From Amphiscolops sp. MND2022 (lineage: Eukaryota), in NCBI GenBank assembly GCA_964187785.1, contig OZ076409.1, forward strand, positions 20,090,001-20,154,000: DNA of 64,000 nt, read 5' to 3'. This document shows positions 33,391 to 46,695 of this stretch, piece after piece. The position numbers and the translations under genes are program-made. A model generated the notes under the pieces. The model ran no database searches and was not told the origin of the DNA. It was given only the letters and a program-made list of their open reading frames with translations. Position 1 is the first letter of the stretch; every line of letters begins with the position of its first letter.

Positions 33391-33759
33391 GCTGAGAACA
33401 CATATCGGAGATGAAACCAAATTGCTATTAATTCGTCGGTTTTCGCAATTAATTGCATTATCGCATTTATACAAAAATTTTATTTCATCAAAATTCTGTA
33501 AACGTCTATTAGTTACAATTTTTTTAATTCATATATTTTTCTACCCAAACCTTTTTTAATTTGATTTCAAAATCGATTGTTTCATTCTCAATATCATATT
33601 ACCATTTGATTGGTATCGCGACTTGATTTATCATTCCGTAGAGTGGGTATCAAGTGTAGACGTGAAAGTCTTGTTTCTCCTTTTTCAGTTCTTCGTGACT
33701 GGCAAACAGTCATTTTTTTGATGACAAAACTCAGTCTTTCAATTTCCGTATCTGTTTTG

Positions 33760-34334
33760 AACAAGACGAACGTGTAAAGTCGGCGCTATATCTGAGGCTC
33801 AAAAAACGCAAAGTTTTTAAAATTGTAAAAGGGGACTCTTTCAACTTTTTGAAAATCCACTTTGTTGCAAAATATCAAGAAAATTGAAGGGGACCCTTTG
33901 GAGACATAAAAAAATTCGAAAATTTTTTGAAGAAGTTTTTGAAGAAGTTTTTGAAAAAAAAAACAAAAAATGAGAGTTTTGAAACGGTCTCATAGTGCCA
34001 AAAAACTTGAAAGGGGAGACCCTTTGGGCTTTTTGAAACTTCAGTTTGCTGCAGAATATCAAAAAACTTGAAGGGGTACCCTTTGGCGACAAAAAAAAAC
34101 GAAAAGTCACACAGTGCCGAAAAAAATTCAAAGGGGACCCTTACGTTAAAAAATGAGTACACGAAAGGGGGGGGGGACCCTTTGCACTAACTCAGATGCG
34201 ATTCCGCTTGCCGGTCCAGTACTTTAGTAGTTCTGTAAAAAGTGTCCACTTCGCATACATTCTGTGGTCTGACGAAAAAAAAACTTGCCACTGTAATAGC
34301 CGGCCTCATTTTGATAAAATGCGTCGACTAAAAA
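33760..34334 (-). mobile_element. DINE-1/HINE-like element
   Basis: Ends aacaagacg..aagtcggcgc and gcgtcgactaaaaa, with internal gggaccctttg repeats. Confidence 0.7.
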
Positions 34335-34956
34335 TATACCAATTTGATTCCGTATGCACCTTGAGCTGAGCAGTAATCATTTTACTCATCGAATGATTCC
34401 AGCTTTTCTACCGAAGATCCGGATAAGCGATGCTTAAGTTGTGACTATCTTGGAGGTTTCATTTTGACTGAAGTGAAATTTTTCAGTTGAACAATTTTCT
34501 GAATTGTAGTTTCTTCGTGATGGTGCTTGTACTGACAATAGCATATTAACAACTGTTGTTCAAAGCTTTTTTGAGAAAGGTATAGGGTTGCTGTTTTTAT
34601 GGGTCAAGGAATTTCATGAAAATTGGATTTTGCCAAAAGGAATTTTGGAGAAATCTCATCAACGTTAGGGGTTGCTCTGAAAAAAACCTATTAATGTTTT
34701 ACGAACCCAGCCGTCCTCCTTCCAAAGTGCTTGGCGCCCTTCGGGTCGGTGTTCGTGAAAACCAGCAGCTAGTGGCAGTTCGCTTCGTTTTGGTCCTGCG
34801 TTTACTGCACTAGAGGTATGTGAATCACGATTCCCTTCTTTAGAAGTCGTTTGTTGTCAAAAATTTTGAAGGTTAGATCTTATGTAGATACTTACAGTCT
34901 CTCGACTTGACAGTTTGAAATTTTTGGACTACAAATGAACATTTTGCCCGCCACCA

Positions 34957-35751
34957 TTTTTAGTGGGCGCTTTTCGAAGAAAAGAACCGACTATCGCAGT
35001 GGTTCCCACCGAGTTATAAGCCTTTCTATAAGTTGTAACTTACTTCGATTTGCCACTTGGCCTAGATTCCCACTCAGATTTCCTAGAGACGAGGTCTGAG
35101 AAGCAAGAGGAGTGGGTGGGTTTGATCCTCGCACTAAACCAAAAAAAATATGCTTGAAAAAGTTGAGATGCGACCAAAGGGACCCTTTGTGTTTTTGTTC
35201 GGCACTGCAACTATTTTCCGACAGTTTTTTGAAGCGAAGTGCCTCATTCATTATTAGCAGAAACGAAGCGTTTTGCGAGCACATAGGTCCACCTTAGGTT
35301 TTTTCGGCACAATACGACTCACCGAAAAAATGGTTTAAAAAATAGAAAAAGTTTGGAACGTTTTTTGTAGTTTTCTGTAAAGGATTATCGTTGGTTTATT
35401 TTTGGTCATGTTGGTTCGCAATAAGTTTTTTTATAAAACCCGGTTTTTTTGGCATTGTAACTTTTTGTCAAATATGTCTTTTGGTCAAAGGGTACCCCTT
35501 CACTTCCATATGTTTGCGGCTCGGAAAGTGTTTTGCAAACCTAAAGGGTCTTTTTGGGTTTTTTTTGGCGCTATGAGACTTTGAGGAGGAGAAAATGGAC
35601 ATTTCAAAAAGTTGTTCTGATGTTTCGAGAATTTTTCGGCGCTGTAAATGAGAGAATCCTTCGCAACAGTCAGTGTCCTTTCGCTTATACAAAACACTTT
35701 GCTCTTTTTAAACCTTGAGTGGGCGCCGACTTGGGCCGTTCCCGGTTTGTT
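34957..35751 (+). mobile_element. DINE-1/HINE-like element
   Basis: 5' tttttagtgggcgc; 3' gcgccgactt followed by a hairpin and ttgtt. Confidence 0.7.
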
Positions 35752-35857
35752 ACATATTCATCTGGCACAATTTTGATCGGAATTACAGGGATGCTTTTTG
35801 TTTTGAAATCAAGCAAAAAACTTATAAAAGTTATTGCCACATTCCAAAGGGAGAAGG

Positions 35858-37286
35858 AACAAGCCGGGACCGGCCCGAGTCGGCGCCATATCCAAGGCTC
35901 AAAAATAGCAAAAAGACTTCCAAGTGTCAAGTATTCTCTTTTACATTACTCGAAAATCAAAAATTTTTCGAAAAAATGACATACTCAAAAAAATGGACCG
36001 AGTGGCGCGCCGGGGCCCGCTAGCGCGAGCCCCTGGCGCGCTAAAAGGGGGACACTTCCGAAAATGTCAACATTTTTGTCGCAGTTGAAGGGGGACCCTT
36101 TGGAGAAAAACAAATTTTCGAAAAAAGGTCTCACAATGCCGAAAAACTGAAAGGGGAACCTTTGGGATTTTTTAACACCCAATCTGTTGTAAAATTTTAA
36201 AGAAATTGAAGGGGGACCCTTTGGAGAGAAATTTTTTTTAAAGTCTCACAATGCCGAAAAGCTGAAAGGGGACCCTTTGGGGTTTTTCAACATCCATTCT
36301 GACGCAAAACAGCAAAAAAATTGAAAGGGGACCCTTTATGGAAAAAAATTTTCCGAACAATGTCTCGCAGTGCCAAAAAAAATTGAAAGGGGGGCCCTTT
36401 GGTCTCGCCGGGTATGGTATGTTACGCGGAAAAACAGGAAAAACTTTTTTGGTTCAGTTCGCTAGGCCAAATGGTGCAATTTGGTGCAATAATATTTTGT
36501 AGAACTTTTAAGAACTATTTTGGTCAGTTCGTGTGGATAGAAAACAAGCCGGGACCGGCCCAAGTCGGCGCCATATCCAAGGCTCAAAAATAGCAAAAAG
36601 ACTTCCAAGTGTCAAGTATTCTTTTACAGTACTCGAAAATCGAAAATTTTTCGAAAAAAAATTTTTTTGAAAAAATTACATACTAAAAAAATGGACCGAG
36701 TGGCGCGCCGGGGCTCGCTAGCGCGAGCCCCTGGCGCGCTAAAGTCTCACAATGCCGAAAAACTGAAAGGGGGGACCCTTTGAGGTTTTTCAACATCCAT
36801 TCTGTCGCAAAACATGAAAAAATTGAAGAAAAAATTTTTTTCATTTTCGGGAAAAAAATCTCACAATGCCGAAAAAAACTGAAAGGGGGGACCCTTTGAG
36901 GTTTTTCAACATCCATTCTGTCGCAAAACATCAAAAAAATGCAGGGGGGACCCTTTGGGGAAAAAATTTCGAAAAAAAAATTCCGAAAAAAATGTCTCGC
37001 AGTGCCGAAAAAAATTGAAAGAGGGACTCTTTGGTCTCGCCCGGTTTGGTATGTTGCGCGGAAAAACAGGTAAAACCATTTTGGTTCAGTTCGCTAGACC
37101 AAATAGTAAATAGTGCATTTTGGTGCAATAATATTTTGTAGAACTTTTGTAGAACTATTTTGGTCAGTTCGTGTGGATAGAAAAAAAAAGAGTCACTATA
37201 ATAGTCGCGTTTCACTTCATGAAGCGCCGACTAAAAAAGAGTCACTATAATAGTCGCGTTTCACTTCATGAAGCGCCGACTAAAAA
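35858..37286 (-). mobile_element. Tandem pair of DINE-1/HINE-like elements with internal tandem repeats
   Basis: The end aacaagccgggaccggccc(a/g)agtcggcgcc occurs at 35858 and 36543. The other end gaagcgccgactaaaaa is duplicated at 37221 and 37270. Confidence 0.8.
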
Positions 37287-37661
37287 TAATATAGTTGTAT
37301 ATATGATAGTTATAACACTTATTTTTCTCTTTTGGCACCCCAGTGTACTTTAAGAAGCAAATAGTTCTCTGTTTTGTTGGTGTTGAAAAACATCATACGT
37401 TATGAAAGCAATGATTATTTTAGGGTTCAAATGAGGCTCCTTGTCCCAACATAGTTTCCTTAAATAGGTGTTTATTAATGATTAGAAACACTTCTCAAGT
37501 CATCAAGTTTTCCCTGAGACCAGAATACAACATAAGCTGCTTACCTGTGTCGTAACTCGTGATACTTTTCTGTTGTAAAAATATTTTCATCCCAAATGGT
37601 TCCAGATTTGCTGATGTTTCCCTTGCCTTCTGGGTAGACATATAAAAGACTATTTCGTACG

Positions 37662-38144
37662 ATGACATCATCAACAGCTCAGATAACAGAAGACCTTGAA
37701 GCCAAGATCCTGAAGTACGAAAGCTACGTGAATGACGTTCTCAAGAGAGACTTGAAACTAGTTTTGGACCAACTTGAACAAGTGAATTTGGAGTGTGTGG
37801 AGTACTTGAACACGAAAGCAATCATCGAAACAATCATTGACAACCAAATAACTGGCAATTTGAAAGCCAAGTATGACTTAGGCTGCAACTTCTACGTCAC
37901 TGCCAAGATCCCAGATACCAGTATGATCATTGTGAAGGTTGGGTTGGGCATATTCGTGGAGCTGACTCTACCCGAAGCATTGGATTTCATAGACACTCAT
38001 GTGAAAAAATTAGAAGAGATGGCAGAGATTTTGGACAAACGAATAGTTAAAATTAGAGCCTACATCAAAGTTACTTTACAGGGTTTGCGGGAACTTCAGG
38101 GCATATCGCCCTCTGATTCCACGCCGAGATGTGTTGATTTCTAA
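37662..38144 (+). CDS. UXT: Protein UXT (prefoldin alpha-like), single coding exon
   Basis: KILKYESYVNDVLKRDL, DLGCNFYVTAKIPDTSMIIVKVGLGIFVELTLPEALDFI and LQGLRELQG. Confidence 0.93.
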   Translation: MTSSTAQITEDLEAKILKYESYVNDVLKRDLKLVLDQLEQVNLECVEYLNTKAIIETIIDNQITGNLKAKYDLGCNFYVTAKIPDTSMIIVKVGLGIFVELTLPEALDFIDTHVKKLEEMAEILDKRIVKIRAYIKVTLQGLRELQGISPSDSTPRCVDF

Positions 38145-39047
38145 ATTATTTTGATCGAAATTGCTTGTATTGTTTTTTCTTTTATTTTTTCGTTTTTTCT
38201 CTGGTGCTATTTTGACAAAATTTTTGAAAAATAGTTGTTTCCCAACTGAATGCTATATCTAGATACGGAAATGATAACGCAGATCAATGGTTGTAGGCGT
38301 TTTGAAGTTGCCATCTGAGTTTTTCCATGTTTTTGGAGCAACGATTTCGATGTAAAGCTCTTTTATATTAATGTAGAGAGCAGCAATGTGGAAAGTTTTT
38401 TGCATGGTCGGTTTCATTAACAAGTCGGTGCGTGCTCAAATGCGTGAAATTTTAAGCAAGTTTAAGCGATTTTGTACTGTGTTCAAAGAAGTTGTTCGTT
38501 CGGTTACTCTTGTTATATTTCTGGCGTTATTTTTTTAAAAAAATCATCTTTATTGACAGGCTGGAATTTATGGTATTGCCGAATCGGTTTATTTTTTCAG
38601 CGTCTTAATAAAATGTTGTTTATTTGCAAAAGCAGTTGGTAACTGATTGAAGTTTAAGGAGATTATTCGAGTGCTCGGGGCTGGAGCTATACAAACTTTG
38701 AATCAAGAAGTATGTTTGAAGTGAGTATAGCTGCTAGCTAGGTTTCTAGTGTTTTGTTTCCTCCTCGTTTGAAGTGAAGATCTGGTCTCCATTCTTCTCG
38801 CTTTTACTTCGGTTACTTTAAACTAGTCTGTACTCCTCGCATTGCCCAATGTGTCATTAAATGGACAGGTCTGTTCTTCAGACACGATGGTTTGTAAGTT
38901 CTATTTAGGTAAACACGCATGGTATTAACAAACTCGAGACAAGACGGCAGATTAACTGAAGTCGATAGCAGAATTAATATAAACTTTTATCAACCAATGA
39001 GCAAATATTTAAAGCGGTTTCTATTACTTTTCAGAGTGTTGTAATAT

Positions 39048-40613
39048 ATGTACTTTCCACCAGATCAGCTTCTAATTGGCTCTCCCCATCAATCTGATTC
39101 GATCTCGACGCCGTTTGCTGCTAAGCTGTCAGAGGGTTTTCCAGTAACACCCAATTTATCTTCTAGCAGAGTGCGCAAAAGTCGCCTAAAAAGATTTCTG
39201 TTCGGCTCCACAAATGGATCTGCAAACGGACTTGGCTTCGGACAAGACTCTCACCAACGAAATCTGAACCGCGGTGGAGGCGGCAGCAACGGTATGGGCG
39301 GCAATGTTTACCTGTCTAAGAGGCCGCTCAAAGCACCGATTTTACAACCTCCTGATTATGTGGTCGATTCGCAGATCTTTATCGACAGTTACATCGAGAT
39401 AGAATCGCAACTTTTGGGCTGTTTACGGGATGTTCAACGCAGTTTCTGTCTAAACTCTCGCAAAACTGTTCTGCAGACAATCGACAAAGCGAAACAATTG
39501 GGTCAGTTGCCATACACTTATCAGCCATGTGATGAGATCATTGTCAGTCTGTCGGTGCATAATGTGAAATTGTTGCGACGCGAGAACGATTCCCTCATTC
39601 AGAGAATTTTCCTGCATGAAATAGACTCGGTCGGCATGGTTGTAGATTGTGCCGTCACTTATGTACTCATCAAAATTGTAACTACCCCCAGTGGAGCTAA
39701 GCGAACCAGCGAGTGCCGTCTTCTCATTTTAAAATTTGTCAATAGCAGCCAAGCTGATGAACTGTGCGCTCTGTTCAAGCAACTTTTTGCATCTCTTTTC
39801 AACGAAACCGCGCTTCGCATTTTAGCACCCTCGCCATTCAGAATCGCTAACTCTTCATCTCCAAAGGTCTCCCCACAGTCTCACCCATCAGGGTCCCATT
39901 CCGTCCAGGGCTCCTCGGACCAAAGTCCATTCAAGAATGGCCATAGCAACCAGGCCATGTCGGGCAGTGGGGGACCTAACAGTTCCATGCAGCAGATATC
40001 TTCGAGAACATCTTCCATGGCGTTCGAAAATTCCGGAAAAGGGCTGAGACCCACTAGTTTCATGGCAGATTCTTTCGGATTACAGAAGAGCAATTCAATG
40101 TATTACGATTCTTCGCCTTGCTATTCGCCTTCTGTCAGAAGTGGTGACTTTCCTATGGCGAGCAGTCTGCCAAAAAACAACAACCACTTTCATCAAAGGG
40201 CCCTCAGCGAGATGCCCGACAACAGTTCCAGTGCTTCTTCAAGCTGTTTGAAACCCACAACACCTCGTGCTAAATCATTTCAAAATCAAGACTTACATTC
40301 CAACAAGGCCTTCTTGCAAGAGCTAGACAAAATTTTGAGTCCTTCGGAGCTTGAGACGTTCATAAGCATTATAGACGCTTACAAAACTGGAGGCTCGGTG
40401 GCTGAATTCATCGAAGACCTGGGTAATTTATTGGGCAATGAAAGACTTCACATCATTCGTCATATGAGCAAGTTTCTACCGAATGATCATGACACCAGTC
40501 AGCTCAACTCAATGTTGCAACAGAGACATTCCCATCGCAGGTCAACCGTCAGGGCTAATGACAGCTCATCGGTGTCATCGCAGAGTTTGGTCATTCCCGA
40601 AGAGAGAATCCTC
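39048..40613 (+). CDS. CCM2: Cerebral cavernous malformations 2 (malcavernin), coding exon 1: PTB and harmonin-homology domains
   Basis: KRPLK..SYIEIE..LG..IDKAKQLGQLP..LSVHNVKL..RIFLHEI is a CCM2-type PTB domain. LSPSELETF..YKTGGSVAEF..LGNER is a harmonin-homology domain. A phase-0 donor gttagt is at 40614. Confidence 0.88.
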
Positions 40614-42445
40614 GTTAGTTTTGTTGCTCATTTTTTCTTGCCTACTCAAATAGTGTGTTCGTCTTTTTTTCAACGTAGTGATGTTCGGCGAGGGTTTTCC
40701 TTGCGTACTTCTCAACCTATTTCATCTATATAACCTGATTCCCGTCCCCAGTTTTAATTTGCAAATGACGTGACAATGGTTCATTTTCGATGTCTTAGGT
40801 CATTTTAAAAAATCAAAAATTGTTGTCAGTATTCGAATGCACTTTCATGCGAGCAAATTTCATCCTCATTAAAGAACGCTATACCGGAGCTGTGAATCTT
40901 CTCGATAAAATGCGCATAATAGTATCATCCTTCTAATTAAGTGCTGAAACTAGAAAAACTGGGCTTTTAACAAAAGTTTTATGTAAGAAAATGGTTAAGT
41001 AAAATTAAGTATCCCGTTTTTTTTTACAAGTTAGTTCTAAGTAGCCTATCAAAGAATCCTAGTTTGGTACTTATAAGTGAGCGTTAATGATGTTTTGTTT
41101 TGTTGTCTTCTGGTGTTGCAATTTTCGAAGTAAATGTCAGAACATGCTTCGAGTAAACGTCATTACCGTGTCTGTCAATGTCGCTCCACTTTAATTTCTA
41201 TCTTTGCTTTCGTGGTCACTTAGTTTCTATTTCTGACATTGGGCTGGCATAACTGAAATTAAATTAGTGAGAGTTTAAGCATTCATGTGGAAAAATATGG
41301 TAAATTTCACTTGGATTTTGGAGGCTTTGGGTGGGCCGCCTTCTATCTATTAAAAGGCCTTCACTTGCATACCAAAACGATATCATAGATTTATGAGACC
41401 ACTGAAATAGGCCATCCTGATCTCTAGTAACTATAGTAAGCCGCCATTGACGTGACCTTCACGTGCGATACACTTTAGAATGCCACTATCTTCATGATTG
41501 ATGGAGCATTTGTGAACGAAATGTGTTTTTGGATTTGTCTCCAACACATTAAAAGGTTAATCACTGATTAAAGAATCGGGGCGTGATGGACGCAACAACA
41601 CAATTTGCCTCTTAAGGTTGTGAGAGAGATGTAATACATTGGCAAAACAGGCATCGAAGAATCGAGATAGTGTACGTATAAACACGGAAAGAAGTTGTAT
41701 AAACTCAGCGGTGATGTAAAGTTTTATCAGCTATTGAATTGTGACCAACTTTTGTTACCATTTCTCGGAACTGTTTCTTCGAAGAATGTGTTTTTCACAT
41801 ATCTTAACAAGGATATTTCCCTTCACAGTGTTTTGAGGAAATGAAACCAGATTTTACGCATTAGGTTTTCTTTTTAGGCGGCTGATGTGAATGAAATCAG
41901 TTTTTCAAGAATATGCAGATTTTTTGTGAAATATCATCCTAGTTGGAATTAACGAGCTCCAAGGCATCTCTAGAATATCTTTAGATATTGAAATGCGAGT
42001 CCAGGTAATTTGAATCATTTCACGTAACTCATTTTTTGTTGGGACCATGAATCGATGAAAATCACAAATTTTCGATATATTGTACATCAAAACCCTTATC
42101 AAACAATCAAAAGCAGTTTTTTCCATAATTTCGCACTCAATTTTTTTGGCAGTGGTCCCAATCGAAAGACAATAAACTTTAAATTGATTCAAGTAGATAT
42201 GATTTTTCTGATTTTGTTTCTGAAATGGTCGATCGAAAATGGCACAAAATTTCATGTTTTTTTTGGGCACTGGGATTACAGTCGCCGTTTTTTGTGAAAA
42301 AAAGTGACCGACTCTTGGTGACTAGATTTTTTTCTTCAGACCTCAGACCTCACACTGAAAGGTCCACTTTTTACCGAACTTTTTTTTCCACATTGACTTT
42401 TTTCCGAAATTTTTTGATGTCGCCAAAGTGTCCCCTTTTTGGTTA

Positions 42446-43392
42446 TTAGTCCGCACTTTTCTAGTGAAAAGTGCCCAACTATTCCAGTGGCTAGTTTTTC
42501 TTTTTTTCGTCTGACCAAATAGCTCAACCTGTATACCATTTTTTCCATTTTTTGTGCATTATGCACTTTTACCGAAAGTACTCAGTACTTGATTTTGAAC
42601 GCATCCAAAAGTCTCTAGCTTGAAATACAAAACGCAGAAGGGTCCCCTTTCCAATTTTTCGGAACTATGAAACTTTCGCCGCCTCTTTTTTGGCTTTGTG
42701 AGTCTTTTTCTCGAAATTTTTTAATGTCTCCAAAGGGTCCCCCTCATTTTTTTGATATTTTGCAACTGGGTGGATGTTGAAAAAGCCCATAGGGCCTCCT
42801 TTCACATTTTTCGGCACTATAAGATTTTTCGATAAGCCTTTATTTATGCTTGGAAAGGTAGGAGAAAGACCAGAGGGTCCCCTCTTTGTTTTTCTTCGGT
42901 GCTATGCGACTTTTCTGATTTTTTCTAAGCCACCGAGTTGCCCTCCTTCGATCTTTAGCAGAAACAGCGTTTTGCGAGTATAGAGGGCTCCTTAGACCTT
43001 TCGGCACTATGAAAAATTGAAAAATTGGAACCAAAAGTTTTCCCACTCAATTGTCGGTGTTTTGAGGTTTTCTGCTAAGGATATTTGTTTTCCAAGTCTT
43101 GAGGGTGACGTCTTCGGTTATTTTTTTGGTCCTGTGAGAGAGATGAGAGTTTTCTCAATACCTGTGAATACGGTTTTTTGGCACTGTGCGACTTTTCTTC
43201 AACATGTAGGTTTTTCTGATGTTTTCAGTTCAGAAAAAAAATTGTTTTCGAGTCTCAAGGGTACCTCTTCGGTTATTTTTTGGCTCTGTATGATGATCGA
43301 AAAGTTTCAATACTTGGCCCCTGAATATTTCAAACACTTTGCTCTTTTTGAACCTTGAGCGGGGCACCGACTTGGGCCGTTCCCGGCTTGTT
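42446..43392 (+). mobile_element. DINE-1/HINE-like element in the CCM2 intron
   Basis: 3' end gcaccgacttgggccgttcccggcttgtt; 5' end ttagtccgcac. Confidence 0.7.
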
Positions 43393-45499
43393 TTGTTTTA
43401 GATCAGCGCGGTATTCGAACCCCATGTACATGTAATGCGCCGTAGGATAATTTAACAGTACTCCTATAAGATCGCTTAGAAAAGCAAAGGTCTGATTTCT
43501 CTGTCAACTTTGAAAAGGTATACCAGCTTATAATTATTTGGAACTCTATTGCAGACAACAATTGAGCTTTGGTAAATTCATTGTTAAGCTTTTTTCCTTG
43601 TAGCGTGAGACATCTGAAAAAAATGTTCGGAACAGCATGCAAAGGTTTTATAAGTAAAGGACGTTCCGAAGCACGAGGTTTACTGATCTACGAACATTAT
43701 GCTCTCACAAAAAGGGGTTAATGTTCTTAAAAGGGGTGGCGTTACCTAAATCAATTGATAATTTGCATTTTGTTCTTTCAAGTCCAATAAACTCAATAAT
43801 TCAACTTGAAGTGGCGCCAGTGTTCAAACATCTGTGATTGTGTATTGATAAGCAAATACCCAGAACGAAATTAGAACCCACTGAAAAGGGAAATTGGCTT
43901 ATACAGCAAACTAAGCTTTGTGAAGTCATTAAAGAACAGAGTTTCCTTTTAATATTGTCACTAAAACCACCAATTTATGATAATTATGAAATGGAAGTTG
44001 GCGGTAAAAGAACAGGTCGCTAACATTTCACTTAACTGCTTCGTTCTAGGTATACTGTGGCATTGTCAAATTAATTGCTAAGAGGAATGATGAACATGCA
44101 TTCAGCCAAATTTTTGAGAATTTGACACTTCGAAAGTCAATTAATACATCATCTTGTCAGACCTTGATTAGGAAGAAACACGCCAGGAACGACCGGCCCA
44201 AGTCAGTGCCACACTTAAGGCTCGAAAAGATTCCTTCAGATTAGTTCAGGAGCTCGTTTTTTTTCAGATATAGAAATCTGACTGTCGAAAATGTGGGTTT
44301 GAATAATTTGGGTTCTTTCCGCCCTCCATATTGTTTTGCATTATCTTAAATTACTCAAATGGCTTTTGTCTCCTAGCTTATGAAAAGGGCAAAAATTATA
44401 TCGTGGGTCATTTTGGTTCCTATTTTAGCATCCCAAGAAAACCCTATTTATTTTCTTCCATCGAAATGGAAATCCTTTTGTGCAGTATTTCGGTAAAAAC
44501 TAATTGTTCTATTTTTGAATTCGCAGCGTTTTGAAACGTAACTGCTATATTCGAGCTGTAAATAGTAGAACACCGACTAAAAACTTGAGTTGCCAAAGGA
44601 CAGGTGTTTAAACTTGCTGACTGTCAATTAGTTCATTTGTTTCATAGCATGATCTGATTTTACAAATCTGAGTGCAACCGGATGATTTTCATCGATTTGA
44701 ATCATTTTCGCTGCGATTTTCAGCGCCCATGTTTAAAATATTTTCTAATGTCTAATTTTCCTGAAACTTGATTCAAATAAGTTTTCACTCTTTCAGTTCT
44801 TCCGAAAGTTAAGTACCTATTTAACGGCAAATTATTTTTGTTGTTTATATCAAGTTGGTATGCCATTCAGCATGAATGTACTTGAAAATGTTTTTATTTT
44901 TGTCTGCAACTGGTCTGGTGGTCAATTAAAAGCTTGTTATAACATAGTTTGTCAAGTGGTACATGCCATAAGTGGTAATGTTTTTAACATTGATTTGAGC
45001 GTGTGAAAATCTTGGTTTCAGATCGAAACCCTACGACAATAATTGTTTTAGCAAACTTCTTACTGAAATCGTGATTGTTATTTGGATTACAGGCTAGTAA
45101 TTGTCGAAATTCGTGTTTGTTTATTTTATTGGTGTTACATGTTACAATTGAGTTCCCTTCGGAATTTTATCATTTTTGACCGTAGTTGTGGCAAAGGCTA
45201 CACGCAGATTTTTGAGGCAACAAAGATTCTTAGCAGTTCCAGAAAAGGTTATATATAGCACCTGAACTACGAGACAAGATTGGGGTGATGAAAAAACACT
45301 TAACAGACATCAGCTTAAGTTTATAAACAATCCCGCTTCGAATACAAATTTTCAAGTAACGTACCAAAATTTGGTAGGAAACTTTTATGTACAGATTTGA
45401 CAGTACTTTGACAACTATGAAAACTGTCCCATTTTGTGTATCAATTATGTTTGTTTTCTCACAACTCGAAAGCATAAAAAAGAACGCTGTTTGTTACAG

Positions 45500-46297
45500 G
45501 GAGGACGCGTGTACAGCTTCAACAGTTCATCACAGAATGTGGATGTGATGGCGAGCAATAGTCAATACATATCGCAAGACTCTGCAGTCGCCTCAGAAGG
45601 GGGCGAAGTGGGCGTGGTGTCTCCCCCTGGCTCTGCCCAGGAGCTCTCCTCCCCCGCAAACAGCAGTATGTCCACGGGCAGTAACACTTCCTCCTTCAAC
45701 CAATACGAACACAGGAACACGAGTGGGGGCAAGTCAGTGGGCGGCGGAGCAGCCGTCAAGGTCAGCAGTCACGCCCCCCACGGCTCCAGATCCAAAGACC
45801 AACAGCACCGTAAGGGCAAGACTGGAGGAGGTTCCAGAGGAGAGCGCGAGGTGGTTGCCAGTGGAGACACCAGAGGGGTATCCAAACGGCCCTCCAAAAA
45901 CCAGAGGAATGAGTTGGCGGAAGCCACTTCACACGCAGTTTCAAAAGACTACGACGAAGGTGCTAGTAGCAACGACAATAACAGGACCACCGACGAACTG
46001 CCCCGGGAACTGCTCGAGTTGGATTGCATGTTGGCTGAAATGGGGGGCACAATCTCGCCTTGCAATACTATTGGAACTGAAAGTGCAACTTCTAACACAA
46101 TTAAAGACGAAAACAAGACGTTAGAGGCCCCTTCTGGGTGTGCTTCTAACCAAGTTTCTGTTACGCTCGCTGACCAAAAATCGGCAGAATCGTATTCGGG
46201 CAACACGTCTGGAAACACGTTTTCACGCCGACATAGACCCATGGAATTGCCCGACGACTGCCCTCCTAATTTAAAAGCAGTTTTCAGCCCTAATTGA
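45500..46297 (+). CDS. CCM2: Probable CCM2 terminal coding exon (low-complexity, S/G-rich)
   Basis: The acceptor ttgttacag at 45499 is phase 0 and joins in frame to 40613. The segment is GC-richer than its flanks, and AATAAA follows at ~46380. Confidence 0.7.
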   Translation, partial: GGRVYSFNSSSQNVDVMASNSQYISQDSAVASEGGEVGVVSPPGSAQELSSPANSSMSTGSNTSSFNQYEHRNTSGGKSVGGGAAVKVSSHAPHGSRSKDQQHRKGKTGGGSRGEREVVASGDTRGVSKRPSKNQRNELAEATSHAVSKDYDEGASSNDNNRTTDELPRELLELDCMLAEMGGTISPCNTIGTESATSNTIKDENKTLEAPSGCASNQVSVTLADQKSAESYSGNTSGNTFSRRHRPMELPDDCPPNLKAVFSPN

Positions 46298-46695
46298 AAC
46301 TGCTCGCAGCTTAATATGTGAAATATTTCATGCAATATCTTTTAGCATTTTAATTTCAACTGCTTCATGCGCAATTTCGAATAAAAATTGGAATTTTTAA
46401 TTTAATTGAGTATAATTCACAATTTTAGATGGTTCTTTTCTGTAGAAATGGGAAAGGGTTACTGAGAGTTATAAGTAAAAACCCTTCTGAAATTCAAAGT
46501 ACTACTCAATGTTTCCAGATTAGGAAAACTAATAGGTCAGTTTCAACTACATTAACGCCACCTTTTGTCTCAAGTAAAAAGTATGATTTGTAGAGTTTTC
46601 TGTTTTTCAAGACAGGAGAGCTTCCTATGAGGATGGCACTACGAGAATAATATGTTTGATTCATTATCCCGAGTTGCCACCATTCTTCGACATCC

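Noticed and set aside
40614..40733. Last 39 codons of the 561-aa ORF as CCM2 C-terminus
   Set aside because: The sequence follows a good gttagt donor and turns T-rich, so it is probably intron read-through.
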